NCBI RefSeq assembly: GCF_006345805.1
Contig: NC_043025.1
Location: forward strand, 15,500,001 to 15,564,000
Length of the DNA: 64,000 nt
DNA from: Octopus sinensis
Lineage: Eukaryota
Direction of reading: 5' to 3'
Shown here: positions 24,797-35,583 of the stretch, piece by piece
Layout: every line of letters begins with the position of its first letter
Position numbering within the stretch: position 1 is the stretch's first letter
Translations under genes and position numbers: made by a program
Notes under the pieces: model-generated
The model's database searches: none
Told to the model about the DNA's origin: nothing
The model's input: the letters and a program-made list of their open reading frames with translations, nothing else

Positions 24797-26048
24797 TTTT
24801 TAATCTCTGCTGCTTTTAAATAAAGTATATATATATATGTGTGTGTGTGTGTATATAGGGTGTGTCTCTACACTGTGTGCGTGCATGTGAGTAAAATAGA
24901 GGGAACTGAAAAGTAGTTGTGCTGAGGGTGATTGATGGTGGAGTGGATGAAAGTGTTGGGGTGGGGTGTGGGTGACAAACTTTGAGAAGTATGTGAGTGA
25001 GAGTGAGTGGTGGTGGTGAGTGGACATGAGTGACAATCAGTAAATATGAGTGGTGAGTGGGGGGGGCTTGATGTGCCTACAATGTTAGAGAAAGTGAGAG
25101 AGAGGGAGGAGACACTTGTTTCTGTAATCCCCCCACCCGTTTCCTACTTCACCCCCCCACATACACATACACAACAACACCCAAGCATATACCCCACTTC
25201 ACTCTTTCTCCTCTTCAAAAATGTCAACTGGGTCAGGTCAACATCTACTGGCAGAGAGCAGGGGGTGGGGGTAGATGGATGCGAGGGATGGGACGGAACC
25301 CAACCAAGCAGCCAGTCAACCAACCAGGCAACCAGCCAGACTCCCTGTAACATGACCCCTGCCAGCAACAATAACTCCAACTACCAGTGCAAAGGAGGGA
25401 CACCTCTGAAGGGGAACTGGACCTGCTAGAAATAGCAGTCAAATCTCCCTCAAATTGCACCTTACTGTTTTATCTATGTGTATACATATAAGTCAATGAA
25501 GGCAACCTCTACATGGGAGCTAGACCTGCTAGAAATAGCAGTGAAATCTCCCTCAAATCGCTTGTGAGTGAGGATGTATGAACTATGACCCAGAGAAAGA
25601 AACCCTTTCAAATGCCAGATGTCTTCAAAATGGTCAGATTTGTCCAGCAGATCCAGGACATCACTAATGACAGACCAAAATGGGTCAATGGTGGAGCCAT
25701 GTAGTGTCTTTCCAACCATGTGGTTCCAGGTTCCGTCCCACTGCATGGCACCTTGGGCAAGTGTCTTCTAATATAGTCCTGGAACAACCAAAAGCTTTGT
25801 GAGTGGACTTAGTAGATGGAATCTGAAAGGAGCCTATCATATATATAAGTTACAGGAACATAAACATATCAACAGGGTATTAAATGGGGTGTGGGTACAG
25901 ACACACACACAGATACATATCATCATCATCATTCAATGCCTGTCTTCCATGCTAGCATGGGTTGGACATATTTATATGTGACCTCGTGAGTACTACCGGT
26001 GATTTTTTTTCCTCTGTCTTCCCTTCTCGGGATCTTTCCTTCTCCTAT

Positions 26049-26083
26049 GTTTCCGACGAAGAGCTCCACTCGAAACGTTAAAC
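26049..26083 (+). ncRNA. Minimal type-I hammerhead-like motif (U4C)
   Basis: GUUU-CCGACGA-A-GAGC(UCC)ACUC-GAAAC-GUU-AAAC, in a ~200-bp repeat (25988-26192) ending in (TA)n. Confidence 0.55.
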
Positions 26084-26192
26084 CCTCCTTCTTCCCTTCT
26101 TTCCTGAGCGTCCATATTATACTATATGTGTTCCACGTCCTTGCGTTGTTGTGTTTTTTGTTTTCTTGTTTGGATTAACTATATATATATAT

Positions 26193-26494
26193 ATCACCGT
26201 GATCGACCAGGCTATCAGATGTTGCTACACATCGCTGGTCACAATGCGCTTCGCATTGTTTTAGCCTTCAAAAGATGCCACCCCGCTGGCTAAGCGAGCA
26301 GGCCAACAGATGAAAGAGTGAGAGAAAGAGTGGTGAAAGAGTACAGCAGGGATTGCCACCACCCCCTGCCGGAGCCTCATGGAGCTTTTAGGTGTTTTTG
26401 CTCAATAAACACTCACAACGACTGGTCTGGGAATCGAAACCGCAATCCTACGACCACGAGTCCGCTGCCTTAACCAATGGGCCATTGCATCTCC
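26193..26494 (-). mobile_element. SINE family 3
   Basis: Reverse complement of 12584-12886. Confidence 0.85.
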
Positions 26495-27083
26495 ACACAC
26501 ACACACATATATATATGAAAAAGGGATAAGTACTAGAGCTGATTTGTTTGACTAAAATCCTTCAAGGTGCGACCCCCAGCAATTTTTTTTAAAGCCTGAT
26601 ACTTGTTCTATTGGACTCTTTTGCTGAACCGCTAAGTTACAGGAACATAAATATACAAACAGGGTATTAAATGGGGTGTGGGTACAGACACACACACAGA
26701 TACACATCGTCATCATCATTCAATGCCCATCTTCCATGCTAGCATGGGTTGGACATATTTATATAGACACACAATTCCAGTTTCCGTCTACCAAATTCAC
26801 ATGCACATGGTACCAGTTGGCCCAGGGCTATAATAGTTTCATGCAGTGGAACTGAACCCAGAACCATGTGGTTGGGAAGCATACTTCTTACCACACAGCC
26901 ACCTCTGTGCCGATATATATTTATATATATATTCTTTTACTTGACTGTGGCTATGCTGGAGCACCACCATAAGGGTTTTTTTTAGCTCAGCAAATTGACC
27001 CCAGGGCTAATTCTTTGTAAGCCTAGTACTTATTCTATCAATTTCTTTTGCCGAACTGCTAGGTTACAGGAATGTAAACATAT

Positions 27084-27261
27084 ATAGGTGCAGGAGTGGC
27101 TGTGTGGTAAGTAGCTTGCTTACCAACCACATGGTTCTGTGTTCAGTTCCACTGCGTGGCACCTTGGGCAAGTGTCTTCTACTATAGCCTCGGACCGCCC
27201 AAAGCCTTGTGAGTGGATTTGGTAGACGGAAACTGAAAGAAGCCCGTCGTATATATGTATG

Positions 27262-27312
<51 letters not shown>

Positions 27313-27486
27313 TTGTGTGTCTGTGTTTGTCCCCTTAGCATAGCTTGACAACCGTTCAGCAAAAGAGACCGATGAAATAAGTACTGGGCTTACAAAGAAT
27401 AAGTCCCGGGGTCGAATTGCTCGATTAAAGGCGGTGCTCCAGCATGGCCGCAGTCAAATGACTGAAACAAGTAAAAGAGTAAAGAG
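27084..27486 (+). mobile_element. SINE family 1 inserted into an older minus-strand family-1 SINE (26930-27705)
   Basis: Host consensus is continuous across the insert ('GTAAAC|..ACACCAG'). Confidence 0.85.
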
Positions 27487-28304
27487 TATATCAACACCAG
27501 CTGTAAAACGATGGTGTCGGGTGGAGTGGGACAGACACAAACATTTACACGACAGGCTTCTTTCAGTTTCCGTCTACCAAATCCATTCGCAAGGCTTTTG
27601 GTCAACCCGAAGCTATAGTAGAAGACACTTGCCCAAGGTGCCACGCAGTGGGACTGAACCCGGAACCATGTGGTTGGGAAGCAAGCTTCTCGCCACCCAG
27701 CCATGCTGTATATAAAAGCGAGGCATTTATTCACCTATTCACACACACAAAAGTACTTTTAACAAACACACACACACACAAGGTCATGAATTCAGGCATT
27801 TAGGAGCACAAATTCAAGCCTGAACTCCCATAATCCTCTCAACATGTGTCATCTACAAAGTGACAAGTGATGGCAGAGGAGGTGGTGGTGAAGGGGGAGG
27901 GAGAGAAAGAGAGAGAGAGAGAGAAGTGGGGGAAGAAGAGCCGAGGAGGGTATGTAGCAGTGAGTGAGTGAGTGTTGGGACAGTATAGGAGTAGAGAGAG
28001 ATAGGGGCAGATGGTAAGGGGGGGAGGCGGAGAAATGAACCGGATGGAGGGATGCAGATGCCTTGGAAGTGTTGGGGCCCAGCAGAGAGAGTGTCACTTG
28101 CAGCATAAGTGGAGGAAATGTGTATGTGCGTGTAGGGGACAGGGTTTTGTATACCCAGAAGGTAGAGGTTTCATGCAATAATTGCTATTTGTTTTATGGT
28201 GCAGTTTTAAATGAAAACTTGGGTGTGGGTATGGTGCACGTATCTATGTGTATTTCCTCTGCCCCTACGTTTAAGACAAATATTGATGGAGAGATCTGGA
28301 AGCT

Positions 28305-28650
28305 AAGAGTTCAAATTCCGCCGAGGTCGACTTTGCCTTTCATCCTTTCAGGGTCGATTAAATAAGTACCAGTTATGTACTGGGGTCGATATAATCGACT
28401 TAATCCATTTATCTGTCCTTGATTGTCCCCTCTGTGTTTAGCCCCTTGTGGGTAGTAAAAAAATAGGTATTACGTCTGCCGTTACGTTCTGAGTTCAAAT
28501 TCCGCCGAGGTCGACTTTGCCTTTCATCCTTTCAGGGTCGATTAAATAAGTACCAGTTACGCACTGGGGGCGATATAATTGACTTAATCCGTTTGTCTGT
28601 CCTTGTTTGTCCTCTCTGTGTTTAGCCCCAGGTGGGTAGTAAAGAAGTAG
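28305..28650 (+). mobile_element. Head-to-tail dimer of SINE family 2
   Basis: Junction 'AAATAGGTATTACGTCTGCCGTTACG'. Confidence 0.8.
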
Positions 28651-29214
28651 GTATGGCTGCGTGGTAAGAAGCTTGCTTCCCATCCATATGGTTCTGGGTT
28701 CAGTCTCACTGCGTGGCACCTTGGGCAAGTGTCTTTTACTATAGCCTTATACCTTGTGAACGGATATGGTAGATGGAAACTGAAAGCAGCCCATCATATG
28801 TGTGTTCGTTCTCCCATCACCACTTGATAACCAGTGTTGGTGTGTTTACGTTCCTGTAACTTAGTGGTTCGTCAAAGTAAACACACCAGCACCAGTTGAA
28901 ATTATTTACTCGTGGGTTAACAGGAGATTGTTCTCATCCAAGATGGAGACAACTACCAACATTCCCATGTGGTAGGGTTGACAATTGTTAAGATTTCTCT
29001 TGACATGAAACCATTGGTAGCCATGTTAACACAAAGTGTGTGCATATATCCTCATTTAACAACAGTTTTCCATGCAGGCATGGGTTGGATGGTTTCACAG
29101 GAGCTGACCAGATGATCTCTGTGCTTTTAAACGACATAACGAAAGATAGATTGTTATTTATGTAGAGAAGTTTCTAGAAGTTCATGTCCAAAACTTCAGA
29201 TTTTAAAGAAAACT

Positions 29215-29430
29215 TTAACCCTTTTGTTACCATATTTCTGTTGGAATAGACGGCTTTTGTTTCAATTTTTAGAATAATGAAGAATTAAGTAAAATGATAA
29301 TTAAGTTGGTGATTGTAACACATTAACATAAAATTGTGATGAAACATTTCAATTTAAATCAATTCAAACGAAGTTTGATTCATAGCACCAACAGGGGTGG
29401 TCTCAGATGGGTTGGTATCAAAAGGTTTAA
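29215..29430. mobile_element. piggyBac-like MITE
   Basis: TTAA|CCCTTTTGTTACCA ... TGGTATCAAAAGGT|TTAA. Related pieces at ~4690-4825, 5200-5350, 49740-50050 and 59616-60090. Confidence 0.55.
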
Positions 29431-30235
29431 GACAAATATTGATGGAGAGATCTGGAAGCTAAGTCATAGGATTAGGAAATTTCTGTTGAAATATATTGCC
29501 TTTGTTTCAAAAAGCAGCTTCATCATTTATTAAGTTGGTGTCTGGAACATAAATTAACACGAGATTTTGATGGAAGTTTTTAATTTATCAAACTTTAACT
29601 CAGGGAGTTTGTATCATATAAGCAGAGATGGTCTCATATGGATTGGTATCGAAAAGGTAAATAGATGAACTTGTAGAATATGCCAGTTTCCACATATGCT
29701 GCCTCTTCTATTGCAAACAAAAACATAATAATATAAAGTGCTAAAACAATGTGATGTCCAGAGGCAGGTCAAGTGTTTGACCGAACGCCAAAGGGAATGT
29801 GAAACACAAAACATACCTGAGTGAAACCCTAAACTCACCAACTCCACACTCAAAGCAACAACAGCTGTCACTCACTCAATTATCGATCCATTTTAAGTCA
29901 TAAAATATTCAACAGGGGAGGTGGGGTGAACATGGACTCAAAGATGGTGCCCCAGCAAGGTCGCAGCCCAGGAACTGAAATCTACAGAAGAATTAATACA
30001 ATGCCAAACTGTTTCTTTGATGTGGTATTTTTATGTCTGGATTTTGTGGAAAAACTGGCAGATTGTTTAGTCAGCTAAAGATTGAGTATAAACATACATA
30101 ATTTAATGTTTGTGTAGCAAACATTCGTAGTGTTACACATTATATGTGTGTGTGTGTGTGTATTTTGGTGGAGTCATAAAATTATTGGAGCATTGCATAC
30201 ATAATTAACTGTTCATGCATACAGCAGGAATATGT

Positions 30236-30646
30236 TTCTTTATTACCCACAAGGGGCTAAACAAAGAGGGGACAAACAAGGACAGACAAAGGGATTAACT
30301 CGATTATATTGACCCCAGTTCGTAACTGGCAATTAATTTATCGACCCCGAAAGGATGAAAGGCAAAGTCGACCTCGGCAGAATTTGAACTCAGAACGTAA
30401 CGGCAGACGAAATACCTATTTCTTTACTATCCACAAGGGGCTAAACATAGAGGGGACAAACAAGGACAGACAAAGGGATTAAGTCGATTATATCGACCCC
30501 AGTGCATAACTGGTAATTAATTTATCGACCCCGAAAGGATGAAAGGCAAAATCGACCTCAGCGGAATTTGAACTCAGAACGTAACAACAGACGAAATGCC
30601 GCTAAGCATTTCGCCCGGCGTGCTAATGTTTCTGCCAGCTCGCCGT
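30236..30646 (-). mobile_element. Head-to-tail dimer of SINE family 2
   Basis: Same junction as the 28305 dimer ('GGCAGACGAAATACCTATTTCTTTAC'). Confidence 0.8.
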
Positions 30647-30891
30647 CTTCAGCATGAATATGTGCACACTCACACTCACACACACACACACACACATGCA
30701 TACATCATGTAGATATGGTTAAAATCCCAGCTGTTTCCTCTCGCAGCCCATCTGCTTATTCCTGTATTACAATCCAGTGGGTAGTTGTTGTTGTTTTTAT
30801 GCAAATTACACATCAGACCCCAAAATTCTGGAAGTATTTTTTGCAAAACATGAAGTTTAGACAAAACGGGTTTTGGTGTAATTTATTCACC

Positions 30892-31065
30892 GTTACACAT
30901 GTTTCGTTTGCTAATAAGAATTACAAAATTGTACATGTAAGAGAAAATATGCAAGATATCTCCTATCAGAAATTCTTCAGATGGATTTTCTAATCAGAGA
31001 TATCTTACATGTTTTCTCCTACATGTTCAATTTTGTAATTTGTATTAGCAAATGAAACATGTAAC
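30892..31065. repeat. Fold-back inverted repeat (~70-bp arms)
   Basis: 30892-30962 is the imperfect reverse complement of 30996-31065. Confidence 0.8.
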
Positions 31066-31384
31066 CTCTCTCTATATAAAGCTGAAGTTGTCTGTGTATG
31101 GCAGGTTTGGTAGCCTTCAACTAACACTATCTCCTCTGAGACCCTGCGGCGCAAGTTGACCAAAATTGAAAGTATGATAGAAGAAGGCTTGCTCTTCCTT
31201 CCGTAGAAGAAAAAATTCAAATCGGACCATGTTAACACCAAAAATTATTTACATCAAAAAGGTGTTTTTTTTTCTATGAAAATCCCTATTTTTTACGATT
31301 TTTTTACTGCTGTGTCACCATTTTTTTGGTGTATTTCAACCAGAAAAATGTTTACTTAAAGAGAATAACAAGCTATCTCTTTAC

Positions 31385-31614
31385 TCTCTCTTTTACTCTT
31401 TTACTTGTTTCAGTCATTTGACTGCGGCCATGCTGGAGCACCGCCTTTAGTCGATCAAATCGACCCCGGAACTTATTCTTTGTAAGCCTAGTACTTATTC
31501 TATCGGGCTCTTTTGCCGAACCGCTAAGTGGCGGGGACGTAAACACACCAGCATCGGTTGTCAAGCAATGCTAGGGGGACAAACACAGACACACAAACAC
31601 ACACACACACACAC

Positions 31615-31648
<34 letters not shown>

Positions 31649-31821
31649 CATATATACGACAGGCTTCTTTCAGTTTCCGTCTACCAAATCCACTCACAAG
31701 GCATTGGTCGGCCCGGGGCTATAGCAGAAGACACTTGCCCAAGATGCCACGCAGTGGGACTGAACCCGCAACCATGTGGTTGGTTAGCAAGCTACTTACC
31801 ACACAGCCACTCCTGCGCCTA
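31385..31821 (-). mobile_element. SINE family 1, full length
   Basis: Reverse complement of the family consensus. Confidence 0.9.
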
Positions 31822-32824
31822 TATAATGAAAACTTTTTACTTTTCAAAAATTCCAATTCTAAAGGGTTGAAACAAACCTGAGCAACGACGGGTGATACTG
31901 TTAGTGCTGAATAAATACCAAAAAACTTAGAAATCTGTTTTTGGTGTGTGTGTGTGTGTGTGTAAATAGATATGGAACATTCAACTATTTCTATCCAAGA
32001 GGATTTTTCCAATCCAACATTGACATGTTATTACTTACAGTTTTGTGAGTTGCAAGATCCATCGTCCCCAAAACAAATTATTTCATTTTCACTCAAAATT
32101 TATGAAATACGGATGCCAGCCAATGATGTGTGTGTGTTTATACAACTGTGTGTGTATATTTTGGTAGGTTAGCAGCATTGTTAGAGCATCAAACACATAG
32201 TGGTCTGTCCAAGTGTGTGTGTGTGAGTATATATAATATAGTAAACTGTGCGTATGTTTGGGTGGGTTGGTAGAATCATTAGAGCATGACACCAAAATAG
32301 TTTGGGGTATTTAGCTTTGGTTCATTAAATCCAGAGTTCAAATATTGCTGAGGTCAACTTCGTTGTTCATCCTTGTGCACTTCATAAAAAAAAAAGTACA
32401 TGTCAACTGCCAGGGGGAGGGGGTGTCAATGCCTTTGACTAGTCCTCCCCACCCCCACCAGAAAGAAGCTGTCAGCCTCGTTAAATTACAAATATTTATT
32501 AGATGAATATAGGCACAGCTATGGCTGTGTGGTAAGAAGCTAGCTTCCCTCTATGCTTGTCCTCTCTATCTTTAGCCTCTTGTGCTTCCCAACCACATAG
32601 TTCTGGGTTCAGTCCCACTGCATGGCACCTTAGGCAAGTGTCTTCTACTATAGCTTCAAGCCAACCAATGATTTGAGAGAGGATTTGGTAGGCGGAAACT
32701 GAAAGAAGCCCGTCTTACATATATTGTTTTTTTTTTTTGATTTTAGAAAATCATAAAAATGGAGAGGAAGTACACTCTAAGAAGTAGGGCAGTCTATATT
32801 TTTTACTGGTGAAGACCTGATTAT

Positions 32825-32879
32825 AGGGTTACTCTGGGTTTCTTGCCATAAAGAGTATCTTTATGGCATATCAGACCCT
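32825..32879 (-). ncRNA. Hammerhead motif with 3-nt core deletion
   Basis: AGGGU-CUGA[del UGA]UA-UGCCAUAAAGA(UAC)UCUUUAUGGCA-A-GAAA-CCCAGAG-UA-ACCCU. Confidence 0.55.
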
Positions 32880-33244
32880 AAGACTTGTTGGCCTGTGGCC
32901 CCTTTGAAGTATGGAAACTGGATATAAACAATGAGGGTTATCTCAGTCTTCTGGTGGTCATCGGCTGGTCATCAGCTTTCGGCAAGGTTGTTGACCTTCA
33001 GTTACGCCACCTGTCAGCTGAGAGGGAGTTATCTCCTACTCTCATCAGCAATTAATTTCCAACAATGGTGTAAATATTATTGCTAATACTGATATTATTG
33101 TTATTATGTGGTTCCCAAAACCCAAAACGCTAATAGGAATTTTCTGAAATGCAAACAAGGCTGGAAAACTTCCATTCTGGGGTTCAGTATGTTCCCTAGT
33201 ACGTGCGAATTTTTCATGGAAATCCTGAAAAACTTGCAAGTCTG

Positions 33245-33288
33245 AGGGTCTGATGATATGCCTATGGCAAGAAACCCAGGGTAACCCT
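33245..33288 (+). ncRNA. Minimal type-I hammerhead ribozyme motif
   Basis: AGGGU-CUGAUGA-UA-UGCC(UAU)GGCA-A-GAAA-CCC-A-GGG-UA-ACCCU; predicted cleavage after 33283. Confidence 0.7.
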
Positions 33289-33489
33289 ATAATCAGGCCT
33301 CCACCAGTAATAAATAAATAAATATATACACACACGTGTGTTTGTCCCTGCCCCCTACTTGACAACAATGTTGGCGTGTTTATATCTCCGTAACTTAGCG
33401 GTTCAACAAAAGACAACCGATAGAATAAGTACTAAAAAGGTCCCTGGGGCCGATTCGTTTGACTACAACCCTTCAAGGAAGAAGAACAT

Positions 33490-33780
33490 TGATAGGCAAT
33501 GACACAAAAGGGCCACAGAACGATTCACATGAGGAATATCATTAAGAAAGCATATTGGAAATGAGGAATTTTGAGAAGAGAGCAGAATGCCGAAAGCAGA
33601 AATTCCACTGGGCCAGACATATTGCAAGGTTACCAAAGACAGCAGGTGGTGCCATGCAGTTGCTGAGTGGCATCCAAGAAGTTGATAAAAGCCACTTGGA
33701 AAGACTCCATGATGATGAGAAGACGATTTAGCGAAACAATTTGGGACAAGCTGGAAAAGAAAGATGGCGTATTTAAGTAA
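33490..33780 (+). pseudogene. Degenerate RTE-clade LINE ORF2 C-terminal fragment
   Basis: KFHWARHIARLP../KDSRWCHAVAEWHPRS..KPLGKTP..EDDLAKQFGTSWKR resembles the RTE W.GH..R / W.PR..R..GRP..W motif series. Confidence 0.6.
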
Positions 33781-33809
33781 GACTTCTTGTAAGGGTGCTG
33801 AAGTTCCTT

Positions 33810-34036
33810 GAGAGACTTTGAACCGAGCGGTCGTTGGCATCTTCACTATCTCGTCCGGCAGCTTATTCCACAGATCCGCACCCCGGACGGAGAAAGCCCC
33901 TCTCCTTCGATTGAGATGAAATCGTCACAGATAGAGCTTTTCGGAGTGACCCTGCAGCCGACGCTCTGGAGCAGGAGTGAAGAACAGCTCTTTCGAAGGT
34001 TACACTTTCCGCTTATGATGTTGTGAGCAAGAATGA
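33810..34036 (-). mobile_element. CR1-like LINE fragment (copy 1, truncated at both ends)
   Basis: Homologous to the ORF2 end at 35668-36423. Confidence 0.85.
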
Positions 34037-34442
34037 CATCATGACCAGCAGCGGCGTATAGCAACATCTGATGCTCTGGTTGATGACAAGCTTCTTTTAG
34101 TTTCCATCTACTGATTCCACTCACAAGGCTTTGGTTGGCTCAGGGCAAAAGGTGCCATGCAGCGGGACTGAACCGAGATCCATGTGGTTAGGGAGCAAAC
34201 TTCTTACCACACGGCCACACCTTTGCCAAATGGTAATATTTATTCTGAACGAGGTATAAACAGTAACTGCACGACAATGTGAGGTATACTAGCCATCTCA
34301 ATTTGGCTAACCACAAAGGGTGGGTGTTACTGTAGCTTTTAGCCCCAGGAGATCATCGTCTCCAGCTGGCTTTAGGCACACTTTCTGTGCCCTTATGGTA
34401 TTTGCAAAGGGAGGTCATCCCCCCTCGAAAACTTAAGTGATA

Positions 34443-34487
34443 CGCACGGACTGCAGTTTCTGGGTATTGACCCGTCATCAGCGTACG
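34443..34487 (-). ncRNA. Minimal type-I hammerhead ribozyme, best-preserved copy
   Basis: CGUACG-CUGAUGA-C-GGGU(CAAU)ACCC-A-GAAA-CUGCAG-UC-CGUGCG; canonical core, GUC triplet, perfect palindromic stem III ACUGCAGU. Confidence 0.78.
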
Positions 34488-34559
34488 ACAATCACCAGTT
34501 TTCGATGAAAGGGGTCCCAATGCAAATACTTACATCGTCTTTCCAGGAACTTTTTGTCA

Positions 34560-34800
34560 CTGATCTTGAAAAACTGTATGCAAGCAATAATAAATCTCTG
34601 AATGAGGTATATTATTCTGTTTGCCCATTAGGGTCAAGGCTGACCCTTGTGTTGCTGGCACCTCAGGCAAGCTGAACTTCAGCACTCTTACAAGTATAAT
34701 TTTGGTCTTTGTTATGCTCTCCTTGGTGCCCAGGGCAATTGCCCAAGTTTCCGGTATCTTGAGCCAGCCCTGATTGAGGGTGTACTCTATGGGTGGGTAT
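34560..34800 (-). pseudogene. Possible remnant of a restriction-like-endonuclease LINE C-terminus
   Basis: ORF 34557-34820 segment KIPETWAIALGTKESI..SLPEVPATQGSAL weakly recalls the IPVVIGALG..QK.AL motif. Confidence 0.3.
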
Positions 34801-34835
34801 ACATTAGTTTGGGTATACACAGTATGGCCAAACAG

Positions 34836-35195
34836 TTTAAGTTAGTTAAGTTAAGTTAATTTTTTGGCTCAAAAAGCAAAAAGCAAGGCCATGTAGGGGG
34901 ACATGGAGTTATGTACAGGGAGGGTGGTCATACAAAGAGTTCAGGCCATTACTGGTCAAGAGAGACTTTGAACCGAGCGGTTGTTGGCATCTTCACTATC
35001 TCGTCCGGTAGCTTATTCCACGGATCTGCAACCCGGACGGAGAAAGCCCCTCTCCTTCGATTGAGATGAAATCGTCGCAGATAGAGCTTTTCGGAGTGAC
35101 CCCGCAGCCGACGCTCTGGAGCAGGAGTGAAGAACAGCTCTTTCGAGAGGTTACACTTTCCGCTTATGATGTTGTGAGCAAGAATGAGATCACCA
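34836..35195 (-). mobile_element. CR1-like LINE 3' end (copy 2) with (TAAC/TTAAC)n tail
   Basis: Homologous to 35584-35940. Confidence 0.9.
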
Positions 35196-35583
35196 CTTTA
35201 AAAAGTAGGGACTTGTCATTGTGCCATGCTGATTGCACCAGAGAATTACAATAGACATGTCTGGAACATTCAGTCTCTTAGGGTCTTCAAGAAGTAATTA
35301 GCTTGATTAGATTAATGAATCCTTGTGGACAGAAAACCACTGCCACCCCAGTATAATTGTGAGTAATTCTATATTTGGCAGGGGGATGGGGGAGGAGAAA
35401 TAAAGAAGGGGAGGGAAGATGGGAAAGGAGAGGGGAGAGAGGCGGGGAGGGGTGTTGAGTAAAATGGTGGTTGATGGGAAAGCATGTCAACAGAAGTGGA
35501 GTCCAGGTGTATGGGTGGGTAGTTTGGCTCAAGGAAGGTGAGGGGGAATCGGCAACAAGAGGTATTAAACGGGGTGGGAATGG

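Larger units (their letters stand above)
32801..33311. mobile_element. Non-autonomous Penelope-like element with inverted hammerhead-bearing termini, inside the microsatellite of a family-1 SINE
   Basis: 32801-32887 is the inverted repeat of 33237-33311; SINE halves at ~32510-32720 and ~33320-33480. Confidence 0.6.
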
